A program made the translations under genes and the position numbers. From Paecilomyces variotii (Eukaryota), in assembly GCA_004022145.1 (NCBI GenBank), contig RCNU01000005.1: DNA of 64,000 nt; one strand, given 5' to 3'. The stretch's first letter is position 1, and every line of letters begins with the position of its first letter. The notes below the pieces were generated by a model that saw nothing but the letters and a program-made list of their open reading frames with translations, searched no databases and was not told the DNA's origin. Below are positions 1-12,957 of this stretch, one piece after another.

Positions 1-981
1 TACGAAGGTGGCATCTTTATGCATCAGGGTGAGAAGTACATCGTGAAGGAGTTGAATCCCGAACGGCGTTTCGCGCGTGTTGTTCGTGTTCACGTCGACT
101 GGAGTACACAACAGCGCGACTTCACAGATATAGATCCTATCGAAACCGAAGCCATCCGCTCCATCAACGATGCATCCCGCGCCTTCTTTGGTTCTATCCA
201 GATTCATTCCGTGGTTTACGGGTTCTTCAAGATCGACAAGCGCGGCCGCGTGCTCGATGCCGTCGCCGTGGACAATCCCCCAATCGACATCCTCAGCAAG
301 GGTATGTGGCTCGACGTGCCCAAACGCGCCATGGAAATCCTCGAGTCCAGGAGACTCAACATCGCAGCCGCCATCCATGCTGCTGAACACGCGATTCTCT
401 CTTTGATGCCCACATTCGTGATCTCTACCCCCGGTGATGTCCGCACAGAGTGCAAAGTCTCCAAGAAGGAACTAGGCAAGAATCTCAAGCGAGCAAACGA
501 GTCTCGTCATCGGTCGTCCAAACCAGACCCCATCGACCTGCGACCTCCAGCGCGCCAAAGACCTGCGCGTCTCACATTCTATGATGCCAAAGGCGGTTCC
601 TCCGGCTCCGGTATCGCGAGTAAAGCCTTCGAGTTCATCGACCTCCTCCTTCGCCGTGCGCTCTCTCGCATCGAGACATGCACCTGTGTCACGCCGCAAG
701 GCTGTATCGAGTGCGTCTGCGATGAGCGCTGTAAAGAGCAGAACGTGGTGATGAGCAAAGCTGGCGCGGGTGTCGTGCTGCGATGTCTCCTCGGTTATGA
801 TGTCGATGTCGACTCTCTCCCCTGGGGAGAGGACTTTGAAGGGGAGGAAGGAAGTGGTGAGTTGGCGGGTGGTTATGAGACGGTTGTCGAAGCGAGAGAG
901 GTCCCCCTCCGTCCTGACGCGAGGATAATCGGAGAACGCACGAATGATGACCAAGCATTAGGGCAAAGGGAAATGGACTGA
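1..981 (+). CDS. HRQ1: RecQ4-like DEAH helicase Hrq1, C-terminal part (DUF1998/MrfA-type Zn-binding domain); 5' end outside the window
   Basis: Frame open from base 1 (YEGGIFMHQG...). Motifs WSTQQRDFTDIDP, AAAIHAAEHA, RPARLTFYDAKGG and the Cys cluster CTC...GCIECV are typical of the Hrq1 C-terminus. Confidence 0.85.
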   Translation, partial: YEGGIFMHQGEKYIVKELNPERRFARVVRVHVDWSTQQRDFTDIDPIETEAIRSINDASRAFFGSIQIHSVVYGFFKIDKRGRVLDAVAVDNPPIDILSKGMWLDVPKRAMEILESRRLNIAAAIHAAEHAILSLMPTFVISTPGDVRTECKVSKKELGKNLKRANESRHRSSKPDPIDLRPPARQRPARLTFYDAKGGSSGSGIASKAFEFIDLLLRRALSRIETCTCVTPQGCIECVCDERCKEQNVVMSKAGAGVVLRCLLGYDVDVDSLPWGEDFEGEEGSGELAGGYETVVEAREVPLRPDARIIGERTNDDQALGQREMD

Positions 982-2183
982 CCGATAGATTTTGATACCA
1001 ATGACGCCTTTAGATGAAAATAATGCATTCATGAGAGATATATATATATATACTCGAACCGTTTCGCGAGTATTGACTAATGAAACCCGCAGACTCATCT
1101 GTTATCCCCCGTCTTGGTAGGCTACCAATCAAGTGAAAGGTTCCATTTAATACGTTTAAAGACATACATATATCTCAAGACGGACATATCAAGTAAGCCG
1201 CCAGAATTAATATTATTTCATGTTTCCCTTGATACCCCAAGGCAAGTCTGCTATTACGAATCTAATGTACACTGAAATATGCAATATTGCGCAAAGCCGG
1301 ATACCACGACTGATAGCAAATGCTCCGTGTATACTTCTCAAACAGAAAGATCCTCGAAAACCCAATGTAGAATTACCGCGATAATGGGTATATATCAAAA
1401 TAGTGTACTGTATAGGGGTAAACTTTAAAGTATCAATCGTCGTGGGGTGGATGATAGGGATATTAACAGAGGAACTGGAAAATAGGCTGTTGTCAATCTT
1501 AGGAAAATAGTGGGGGGCAAAATTGTTTATTAGAGCATAATACAAAAGGTAACACCGACAGCCATGCAGCAACAAAAGCTAGGTATCACATGTCGATAGG
1601 GATGTGAGAAATGTAAATCAAAGATACAGGAATTAGAAAGGTGTATAGATAGACGCCAAGTTCGCACGAGGAAATGCGAGAAAAATATCATAATGTAATG
1701 GTATCCGCTTTCGAAACACAACTGCATGGAAGAATGAAGGGTAATATTACATGGAAACATGAAGGGCTTGACAAGGTCAGAAGCGCACAGGCGACCGGTC
1801 ATACCAATGACTTCTGAAACATGCATAACTAGCCGCGCGGGGATTGGAAGTCAATCAAGACTCCTATCTCCACAGGTGGGTTTTCATCATGATACTTCGA
1901 TTTATCATTGGCCACCTGAATAGTAGAAGGCTAAGGAGGGTGAAATCCTCGCTGCAGCCTCAAAATGCACGAGGAAAGGATCTGGCGGGGATCTCGGATC
2001 TGAGGGAGGATTCCTTGCGTGTGATACGGGTTCTTCCGCTCCTGCTTCTTTCAGAAAGGTGCAAGTAGAGGCATTATTCAGCTTCATCAGTCAAGTCCAG
2101 ATGTCCGATGAGCTTATCCACGTGGCTGCAATGCCAATGTCCTGATGCTTTCCCTAACTGGGCATTCTACTCCTAGAATACCT

Positions 2184-4540
2184 CTAAACCGGGCTGTCAT
2201 CGACATTCATTTTGCCAAACAATGTTTTCATTTCACGAACATCTTCACGGAAATTATCCCGTGGATTTGTCGTGCGCTCTTCGGTCATTTTTCGGATCTC
2301 CCGAACTATGTCGGGATATCCTTCGTCGTTCGGGAGCCACCAGTGCTTGACCTCTGGGATACCCCATATCTGTGCCATGCTCATCCTAAACTTTGGTGGA
2401 TATATGTACCTATATTTAACAATACCGTGTCAGTGTTACGAGGCTTGATATTCAACGAATAGGCTGGGATACGCGTATAAAGTCAGTTAGGAAGGTAGTG
2501 TACTCACCCGTCCTGCTCGGCACGTGCCAGTTTCCTTCTGATCCACATGGTGTGCCTCGCATCTTTGGGAATGAACATACTCGCAAGGCCCAGACTTGAA
2601 TGGAAGGCAATTACTGTCCCGTTCTCCTTCTCCGGCCACCGTTCAATAGTTTCAATGAGGCGACACTGTTCCAAAGCAGAGTGCTGCAACTCGGAGGAAG
2701 ATTCTTGCCTCAGGACAAGGGATGACTGATACTCGAACATCAAAGACGTAGCCAGAAAATCTATCCAGGAAAAGTTGACATCCCATAGAGGGCCCTCAAA
2801 AAAGCGACCTGGCATATAAGGGTCGACAATGTCATTTTCCGTGAGTGGCACCTTGTGAGGATACGAAGTCACAGTATGCTCAGACGCATCAAATTGAGTG
2901 AGTAAAGTGCGTAGTTCCTCCTTGGTTAACGAGAGCTGCTCATTCTGTGCAACAAATTGGTCCATTGGTATCATTCCGCGGGAGAGTTTGGCGTAAAGAG
3001 ACGCCATGTCCATGGCGAATCTGCGGTTGCGTGAGTTAAACAGTGACAATTGCTTCTGTACATCGCTTGGATCCTCAGCTGCCTCTTTTGCATCATACTC
3101 TTCGCGTGATGTATACCATTCTCGGGTGAGAATTGTCTCATTTCCAGCCAAGAGACCGGCAACGAGATCAAAACGAGCGTACCAGACGAAAATATGTCGA
3201 TGTAGTTCGTTCTCGTTCGCCGTTTCGGGTGTTAACAACTCGAGGATCAGAGTATGTGCTGCTTGATGATGGTCAACAAGGTTGACCCAATCACCAGTGA
3301 ATTCCTAGTTTATTGTCAGCAGGAGGTAGGGCAAGAGAGGCAATATCTGTTTGTTATACCTCGAACGTCGTAAGCAAGAGGATCGTAATCAAGGTTGCCT
3401 CGCTGTGCGGCTCTGCTGACGCAAGAGATTTCCTTAATAATATCAAGGATTTGTTATAATACCGCAGGAAAGTGTACAGCTTTCCACCTGGTTGTCTCAG
3501 GCAGTAATGATAAGCTGAGAATCCAACTACGGCATAGAGCAGAGGTTCGTATTTCAAGCACAATTCCACAATCGTCCTATGGATGAATTCCCCGGATCGA
3601 GACTTCAACATGTAATGATGATGTGTGATCTCTTTCTGGTGGTAGTCTAAGAAGAAGAGTATGTCGTCCGGTAACTGTGCGGTCTCGGGGAGATTGGAGA
3701 TTTCTTGCCCGTAGAGCGGATCGAAGCCGACTGAGGGAGTATTGCTGGCCGGGCTATGTGACTCTGACCTTGTAGCAGTGTCTGTGAATGGCGACAGGCT
3801 CTTTTCTTTGCTTAGCGTTGAGCTGTCTGGTGTCTGCTTGATCTTTCTCTTGGCTATTGAGTGTGCGCTGCGTGTCTTGGAAACGGCCGGCCGGTGCTTT
3901 GTCGTACTTATAGTTGAAGAAGTACGCCCACTCTGCTCTGAGCCTTCTTCATCCTGGATAGTTTCTAATCCACTGGCGTCATCACCCTCATTGTTGTCTG
4001 AGGAGTCGCCCTGTGACGTAGATCTGGTGCCCGCGCGACTGCCAGACTTCTGGGATGGCGGCGGTGGGTAAACACATTCTCGTTTACCTTTCCTACACCC
4101 TGCGAGGTCCAAGTAGTTAATATTCGTCCGGATACGCGGTTAATACGATATGGCCACTTACTTTCACAGATAGGACGAGTTTCATCGCACTGTATCGGCC
4201 ATTCTCTGTTAGATAACTCGATTGGGCCGTAGAGAGAGAATAGACTGACCTTTACTCGACGCGACCGACAAGTAAAACAGCCACTTCTCGTTCTTTTGTG
4301 TTTTTTCTGATCAACTGCCGATTGCGCTGGTTGCGGGGTTGACATTGGTAGACCCCCAAACGCGGACATTCCGTGCTGTTGGACGGGAGGATCATGCCAG
4401 AAGGCCACGCTCTCCGGATAGGTAGCCGGGGCAAATATTGCATAAAAGGGTATTTGGCTGGAGTCATTGAGTTGCGCCAGAGATGCTTCCGCCGAATAAC
4501 CTGGCAGTGATGCGCCTGGAGGGAGGTACGAGTGCTCCAT
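2184..4540 (-). CDS. Zn(II)2Cys6 transcription factor with a fungal-specific TF C-terminal domain
   Basis: Exons 4540-4250, 4189-4162, 4099-3360, 3304-2508 and 2409-2184, joined by GT-AG introns, rebuild RTRSGCFTCRSRRVKCDETRPICERCRKGKRECVYP and one continuous frame. Start and stop are less certain. Confidence 0.88.
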
Positions 4541-7500
4541 GACGGTGCGACAGTGCTCACAGATATCACAAATAAGACAGGAACAAAGCCGGCCAGGGTC
4601 TCAATTGCCGGTCAACACTCGGAGAAAGGTTTAGATCCGCAAAGGAAGTAATACTCGTATACGCGGAGTCCAGGGAAGGTTCGCCGTCATCGAGCTAGGA
4701 ATCACTGTCGCGTTGGCTCTTGGCCGGCAGTGTATGGAGAACGTGCTAATCGCCGTCAAGCTCGAGCCAGCAGCGCTCCCACCTGAATTATGGCCCCACC
4801 AATCCCCCGTCGATTTGAAGCGTTGCGGTCGTTCTAGCAGCCTTCTGCAGTTATCGTTGACGGGGGTGAGCCTCCAGAAGGGGGTTGAAGTGGGACAGGT
4901 CAAGATGGTCCCAGCGCAATAATCGTTGACCGTTCCACAAGGAATAATAATAGCTTGCGGTAAAGAGCAATGCCGACAACACCATCTGATTCGGAAAGCA
5001 CTCAAGTTCCGCTTATTATTATTAGAGTGAATGGTATCTACGGAGCACACTGTACGGTTCGACCGCCGATGATAGATATCAAGCGCGGAGATCAGCAGTA
5101 GTGGCCGTTCGGGGGACAGTAGTAGTACCAGGATCAGGATCGAACAGCAAACAGCTTGTGGATGTCAGATTCAGGCAACGATCGGTCACTCCAGGATGCA
5201 GCCAAGATCGATCACCTATCTATCGCCGCTGACTCCGGATTATTATTATTATTTTCAGTTTTGGCGGAAGAATAAATAGGGGCCCCACTGACCACTCTGG
5301 ATCCACTCAGAAAACTGCCGGCTTTAGTAGACTATAATAAGTTGCCCCAAATATAACTGACGTTTCGGAGGGACGGGAAAAGGGGGAGGTGGAAACCAGA
5401 TCAAATATCGGCTTCAAATCTTCCGAATGATGAGGAGATTTAGCAGCCAAAAAGCATCGGCGGGAAAGTGCCGGCCTCTGGGGGGTGCGAAACGGCACGC
5501 CGTCGATCTGCTTCGGACAAAACTACTAGCAACCGCCCGAACCCTAGGTCGCTGTAGAGTTTTGATCGAAAGGTAAAAACACTCAGATTTGGGACAACGT
5601 CCGCGACGATGCATCTCCCTGTGGCTGGATGCTGCGGCATTGGGGCTCTGCCGGCGCCATCCGTTAAAATCCCGTTCAACTCCTTCTACTAACTCTCAAA
5701 AACGGGATGACGATTCGAAACGTCCCTGATCGACAGCGAGGTTTGGCAGCAGGCCGTGTTTTCCTACTTCCGCCGCAGCTGGCGGAACGATACAGCTCGG
5801 CCAAAGTCCTGAGACCCAAAGTAACATGCCAAGGCTGATTTAGAGCTCTGGGATTCAGGTTACTCTGTAAGAACTGGCGCTCATGCACAATACAAGCACA
5901 CCATCAAGTGATGGCTTGCTCCAAAGCTTGGACACCATACGGAGTACCATAAATCACAGCACATTCCCAGTGCTCGCCCAGATCGATGTCATTGGAGGGG
6001 GACGTCAGAAAATCGATTGGCGTCTACTGGTTGCTGATGGGCGGCGTGCAGACCCAGATTCCATTTCGAGATATATCAGAGCAATCCTGGATCTTAACAT
6101 ACTTCATGGGGAGAAAGAGAGACGCCCTTGTTCTCCACGGGCCACGTTCCGGTGCTTTTGTCGGGGGTTCTAGCGTCCTTCCGTTAGCAATAGACTCATG
6201 ATCAGTCAGGATGGCGCGCTGCAGCTCCAAGAGGGCTTGAACTCTGAGAGCCATCAAGCGGGGCATTCTTGAACACTCACTGAACCATGTCGACACATAC
6301 TGCGAAACTCCGGGGTCCGGTGTTCGATTGTCCGCACGATCCGGTCGACGGTGTTCGTTAGCGCAAGAGACGGAAGGATTGAGGCGCATAGGGCACAGCC
6401 TGCCATGCTCACGAATTGACTTCTTCTCAGCGGATACGAACTGAGGATAAGAGTCAGTGGAGCTGCGACCCACGACTCATACCTGGGAACTTCGGAAGCA
6501 TCGATAGATAGACATCGCACTTAACAGCCATCAGCGGGCGGGGCAGCTGGATTATTAAATGTGGCTTGCATTCAGCTCTTGGAGAGCGAAGCGCACACAC
6601 CAGAATTGGGGTTCGAAAGAGAGGTTGTTAATGTGGTCAAAACTTCACACAGATGGGGCAGAAAGAGCTGTTACCGCCTTGCCAGGCATCACATTACCAA
6701 CTACTACTACGACTCCATACCCTACTAGCATCAGTCCTTTCCACGGGTCTAGGATACTCAGGTTGTCATTTCCACCCACATTGAATGGGGGCCTTTTTCT
6801 AGTTCGTTTCCTGTCGAAGGTACTACTAACTACTACGGAGTCCGGAACTATCAGGTATCAGTCATGCGGCTGACTCGACTCTGTGAGCATACCGGAATCG
6901 GCGGCCAAGGAGAAAATCGAGTTTGAAGCCTCATGTGAGCAGCTTCTCAATAACTCAGGAATAGGACGAAATAGCTCTCGCCACCCCTGTAGAGCGTTGC
7001 AAACAGTGCCCTGTATCTAGTGGCATATCTTTTCCAGTATGCTGCATGGAGGTGACATTGAACACACTCGCACGGCCTATTTAGTCTAGCAAAAACTGAC
7101 ATCCTGCAAGAAGATGCACATATCATCAATCAACCACCTAGGCTACTTACTACTGGGTCGGCTGCACTAACTCACGGTCCTGTGATAGCCTGTGTCTTCA
7201 CTCAGCATCGCCACTACTACTCCGTCCATAACCCCACTAACTAGTTGAGTCCCTACAGCGCCCAGCCAGACCTTGTTGGAAAGTTCCACGTCCTTGCGGC
7301 TTGTAACTTGCCTCTAGGCCAGAGTTGGTCACTCCCGGACAGGCACCTGGTCGACAGTTAGACAGTTGGATAGTGACTCGACTTTGTCTCACTGCCGGGA
7401 CCAGCAGCTGCGATCACCCAGGCATGGCGGATCCCCGAGCTCAGGGAGCCAGGATCATCAAAGAGATCATGCTTGGATTTACTCGAACAGAAGTTCTAAC

Positions 7501-9072
7501 TATGGATTAACTCCGACTACCCTCGAGCAAGTTTAGCGACTACTCCATAGATGGTTAGCTGGTTAACTAGTTGGTTTATTTACTACCTAGCATTACATAA
7601 CTTACCATATCTACCTACGTTAGGTAAGTAGGTAGTCAACTAACTAACTACTTATGTAGTTAATATGTGTTAGTTAACTTGATAAGTTTATCCTCCGAAC
7701 TTTGACAGCTGCTAGTGAACCTACTAGGCGCTTAAAGGCCAGCCACCAACCGTGATAATCGAAATTCACCAGCGGCAGTAACCTAACCCTTTCCATCTAC
7801 ATCGACATTTCAATTATCAGAACCCAGCAAGGCTTATCAGGTAGTTCCTGATAAGCTACACAATTGAGATGCAGTACGCACCCAGAAATTCACGTTTCGA
7901 TATATCGGACGACAACGGATTTTGTTGCCGCGCTATTTTTTTCCAGGGAGTCTTACTTAACGCCAACCCTTCATCGCCAGGGGTCTGGAGAGGCATTATT
8001 GTTTTATCACGAACTATTGAAAGGTGACAACTACTCAATATGGACATACGTCCGAAGTTCACGTCGTAAGATGCGTATTACTATCACCTTAACTCCAGAC
8101 TCCAGAAGCATCTTGTATGTAGCCTTCCAATTAACCCTTGTCCTCTAGTGCCCTGAAGGAAAATAGAACGAAAGCATCGATTACAAATAGGAATAAACAA
8201 ATTAACTAACCTCCGCGCGAACCCCAGTTCTCAACTATGCACAACAACAGCTCTATACCTCGATGAGGATAGGGCATTATCACACTCGTAGGTGAGACCT
8301 GCCGTCTACTCTCGTACCTATTTTCCCAATAAAAGAAGAACCAGGTCCCCGACTCGCAATATCTTCCATTATGTTTGGAGGTTCAATAGATAAATAAGTA
8401 CAGTAGGTACAGTACTTTGCCTCACTTTCTTCGTCGAAATAAGCATATGCAGGTTCGGATGCGGTTCGCTCAAACCCTGATCCCTGTCAGGGAATCAGGT
8501 TGAAACTGCAGGCGATGCACGGATCATGACTGTGTTGAGATCGGCGTAGAACTTTCGGAACATTTTCCTATGTCTCCGCGCTGGCACTAATTGCAGTATG
8601 AAGTAGTGGTTAGCAGCTTGGACACTAATGATGATCCTGCGTCGCGAGTCATGCTAGTCAAGGCTCGAGCTCTCATACGAATCGGTGATGCATTTTCGTT
8701 AAAAGATCAGGTAGCAAGGTCAAATAAAAAATCAAATGTTTTTGAACTGCTTGTGTGAGCTCTTTCTGTGTTTCGTTTTGAGCTTAGGAGGTTTGAAATG
8801 CTTGGTTATCTCTGCATTTTGAGTGGACTCAGAAAGACTTCTTGCTGAGCTATCACCACTATGTAGTTATCACAGAAGTGGGAAATTTGCTCTAGAAATC
8901 GAATGTAGTTGAATATCATTTCAAGACTCTATATACATGTTGGGAATCGGATTTCGACATGCAGTGTCGAAGTTTTTTTTTGGTATGCACTATCGTATGC
9001 GCCATGCGTGATCTGGCGCCCATTCAATGCAGTCCGCCACACTGCATCTCTCTTTGCAGATGTCTCCAGGAC

Positions 9073-9827
9073 TTATTGGCTGCGCTTTTCTTTGATTTCC
9101 TTGAGAGCAATCTCCAATCCCTCGATGACAACGCCCCATTCGACCTCATGCACTTTCTTCTCAAACGCATCCAGATCTTCGTCTTGACCCTTGATAAAAG
9201 GGATCTCGCGGACTAGAATGGGTTTTCCCATGTCGACTTCCGAAATGACATTGTGAATCATAACGCCAGTCTTGTCAATCTTGCCTTCTAGCCAGGCAGC
9301 GTGAGCACGCTCAATGGCATGCTTTCATAGAGGTTAGCGAGTTTCATCGAAAGGGAATACAATATTATATAAGTAAGACAAAGTCGCAAAAGAAGAAGGA
9401 AATAAGTACTCACAGCCCCATTAAACTGCCCCGGCAGCGCAGGATGCAGATTAATAATCTTAATCTTCTTCTCCTCCAACGGTCCCAAAAACCGCGGCGA
9501 CAGCACATGCATGAAACCCAAACAATAGACCAGATCCGGCTTGTCCTCCAAGACTAGTCGAGCCAATTCAGCATCATATTCCTCGCGCGCTTTTTGTACG
9601 CCCTCGGGGGTCGCGGGATGCTGCTTCTTGTACTTGACCAGGTTGTGGTACGTCGTGGGGATATTGGCTTTGCGGGCACGCTCCAGTCCAAAGGCATCCT
9701 TGCGGTTGGAGAGAACGCGCACGATAGATACCTCGGGGAATTGCCCCGCGCTCAATTTGTCAATCACGGCTTGGAGATTGGATCCGTTGCCGGATATAAG
9801 GACTGTGAGGCGGACGGAGTCGGTCAT
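9073..9827 (-). CDS. ADE8: Phosphoribosylglycinamide formyltransferase (GAR transformylase)
   Basis: VLISGNGSNLQA, INLHPALPGQFNGA and GVMIHNVISEVDMG motifs. One intron at 9413-9322 (GTGAGT...CTAAC...AAG). Confidence 0.95.
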
Positions 9828-10204
9828 TTTGGATTTGGGGATCTTGTATATCTCCTCTTTCTCTTCTCGGATGGTCGTATGTTTGAGGGGTTCAGACTTT
9901 ATCTGCCCCTTATCGATCTCCTTTCTCCGTACCTATTCCACTAGAGATTGAATTTCGTGGGTATCTTATCACGATTTCACGACAAAAAAAGTGTGCCTTT
10001 AAATTTCTGTCTTTTCCCTTAACCGCGGGGAAGCTCCCCCAGTATGAAGACACAAATCTTCCAAAACAGACAAATCTGATGAGAATGAGAAAAGGATCAC
10101 AGAAGATAATTGTCTACAGATCCAGCAAAATTATTAGTGATGCACGACAATTGCCAGAGAGCTGTTACGCTCTTTCGGGAAGGCGGGGTGGAAAGCTCTC
10201 TGGC

Positions 10205-10211
10205 TGAGTCA
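10205..10211. promoter_or_regulatory. Perfect TGAGTCA site (Gcn4/CpcA type; contains the Bas1-type TGACTC core on the - strand) about 380 bp upstream of ADE8
   Basis: Exact motif upstream of a purine biosynthesis gene, a class regulated by Gcn4/Bas1 in yeast. A single 7-mer can be chance. Confidence 0.4.
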
Positions 10212-10539
10212 TCAGGTCCGATGCGGGGCGGAGTCTGGAGTAAAAACTGCTGGGTCTACGAACACGTCCGCCTACAAGTGACAGTTATATCCTCCTTATC
10301 ATACAAATCATTCAGGGAAATAAAATATTTCCTGATTTATCTGTCAATTGCTCTATTCATGGAAAGCACAACTCTGTCCAATATCTTATCACCTACCAAT
10401 CACCTACCAGAACAGAAATGTACTGTATACCTATTCAAAACATAGACCAAACTTATTATAATAATAACCACAGAAATCCAATTCAAGATGGGCTCTATCA
10501 GCCAGCCATGCAGACAAGAAATCGGTACTAGATATGAAT

Positions 10540-11631
10540 TCACTCGACCCTAGTGACTGTGAAAATCAAATAATTCACCTGCCGCTGCTTACGCTCGGCA
10601 TCAGCCGAAGGGAACATTTGCTTTACCTCTTCCAGCAACTTCAGATTGTGTTCATCCAGCTTGATGAAATCGACATCCACATCCCACTTAGTGCCCGTCT
10701 TCTCACCGACCTCCACCCACATTTGTCGGAATGTCTCCGGTGAGTGCCAGTATCTGGTCCCGGAATTGCGTTTTAGTTCCGGGGCAGAAAAGGCCCTCGA
10801 GACCTCCCGAGGATTTGTGCTCCCTACTTGTCTTCCGATGACCATGGCACCGGGCTTTGTGGCCATGAGCCGCGTAATGACGCAGCAGATCTGGAGTTGG
10901 CGCTCGTAGTCGAAGAGATGCAAGAAGTTTGCAATCTGAACGATCGTGAACTTGCTCATCATCTCGTTCCAGATGCCGGCGTTTTCAGGCGAGTCGGCAT
11001 CAAGGATATCAGCCACGAAGAATTGTCGTTCTGGGTCCGGAAACTTGTCTTCGTCCTTGAAGAGCTCGAATCCCAATTCCAAGAACTCGCGTTTGATATC
11101 TGTTCCATAGACGGCGGAGGCCGGTACGCCGTCGCGGACTAGCTTGCGGATATCCTGTCCAAAGCAGCAAGCAAGGTCGAGGAAAAGGGCTTGGTCTTCT
11201 GGTGCATTCGGGTTTGGTTTGAGAATTTCAAGAATCTTGCTGTAGGCCGGAACCTGGTTGGTTGAAAGATCAAGGAAAGAGAATACACCGATGCATGGGT
11301 ATGGATGTACGTCCCAAGCACGGTCTCTCTGTTTTAAGTAGTTAGTAAATGGCCGGTATAATAGGAGGGAAGACCTAAGCGATAGAATGCCACGACACAG
11401 CGCACATAAATAACAAGTGCCAGAATACTACTATGAAATAAACATCAGATAACTCACCAATTCATAAACATGCCTTTCAACCTCATCGGATGGAATCCCA
11501 CTATAATTCTCCAGGATATCCTTCATAGGACCTGTCAATTTATCACCCACAGTTTTGAGGTAGTACGGTGAGTTTTTGGAGCGTCCGTCCTCATTCCCGG
11601 AGGCCTTAACAGGGGGGAAAGTCTCGTCCAT
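10540..11631 (-). CDS. SAM-dependent methyltransferase (fungal AusD/Trt5-like family)
   Basis: Exons 11631-11458 and 11328-10540. Motifs LENYSGIP, RAWDVHPYPCIG, FLDLACCFGQDIRKLVRDG, GFELFKD, FLHLFDY and YWHSPETF. Confidence 0.85.
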
Positions 11632-12957
11632 GGCTCCGAATTGAAAGAAGGTGCACTCCCAATGTATGTATATATATATAGCTCTACTATTCGAGTACAA
11701 GAGAGGCCCAATGGCAACAGCAGGGAAGGCTGCGGACGTGAATTGTCCGAATTGAACCAAAAAGAGTGTTTTTTTTTTTCAAAAGAAAACGAAAAAGAAA
11801 AAGTGTCCGACTCACCAGCGTTATATATCTGTTATTGTGTCACAGTATTTGCGCGGGGTCGGACGGACACGGAGCACGCGTACCTCCGTATCACCCAGGC
11901 CGATACAACCAGTGCTACCTAATAGGTAAGTAGTAGCAGTCCGAGTCGACGGCTCCCGCAATTTTCTTCTACTGGGAATGCTTTTTAAGAGATAGTTCCC
12001 TTTTCGGGAGGGCCCAAACAAAGTGTGCTGAGAGCTCATATCTGGGACGTATCAGAAAGTCCGACGGCTCTAAGCTGATGGCATTAAAGTAATGCCGTCT
12101 CTTCCCAGGGGGATTTCCTCTATTCGGCAGCTTAAAAGTACTGCAATTGCTTGTGCTACCCAAATCTCGCGGGTTCGGGATATACAGACTATGAATAATC
12201 ATTGACACTACGCTAGTATTCGTGAACTGGGCGGAAAGATATGGAGTGGAATCGACTCATCATACATACTTCAGATTCTATTAGCGTTATCAACATTGCA
12301 GGCTAGAAAACATGGGGCGAGACCGAGAGATCACCTGAACAAATCCAGGTTCTCGTTTCTCGAGTAAGATAAGACAGTTTGATGGGGAAACAGTAGGGAA
12401 TACAGTGCTGCGAAGTGATAAAAAAGGGGGTCAGTCGGCCAATCACTGCAAAAGCGCCCCTCCTTAATACGTGAACAACCGGAACTATGCAAAGGTATCT
12501 CCAATGATGTGCGCACGCCAGGCCAGAAAATGATCCTCCAGAACACCGTCTCCGGACAAGCACTAATTGCTCGAGTCTAAATGGAATCGCAGATTGCAAG
12601 CACAAGACTGAATTTGTCGCTGCCAGTTTCATATGACCTCCCACTGAAGCCAACGAAGATAAACAACGATGCTCTCTTTCCATTTCCGTACGTTTCCAAC
12701 TCTCGACATGCTGCCGTTCCCCGATATCAGGTGGGAAATGCCTCAGAATATGGTGCTGCTGGAGGAGATCGCTAAACTCAAATTGGGATCCGATTTGGAT
12801 GCTTAGGAAAGAAATTCGTCAATGACTGCTGCGTGATAAGGTATGTAGGACAAAAGAGAAAAGAAATTAGTCGTAGTCGTCTGGGTAATGACCAAAAAGG
12901 ATAACCGACTGAGGCGAATATGGCGGCTCCTGAGCCGTTCGACCATTGGTGATTGGC

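Noticed and set aside
7540-7690. TAG/CTA/TAAC-rich patch as a repeat array or transposon end
   Set aside because: No regular period, terminal repeats or target duplication; similar patches occur in several intergenic regions.
9871-9882. ACATACGACCAT on the - strand, resembling the 5' end of ascomycete 5S rRNA
   Set aside because: The similarity stops after 12 nt and the site lies in the ADE8 leader.
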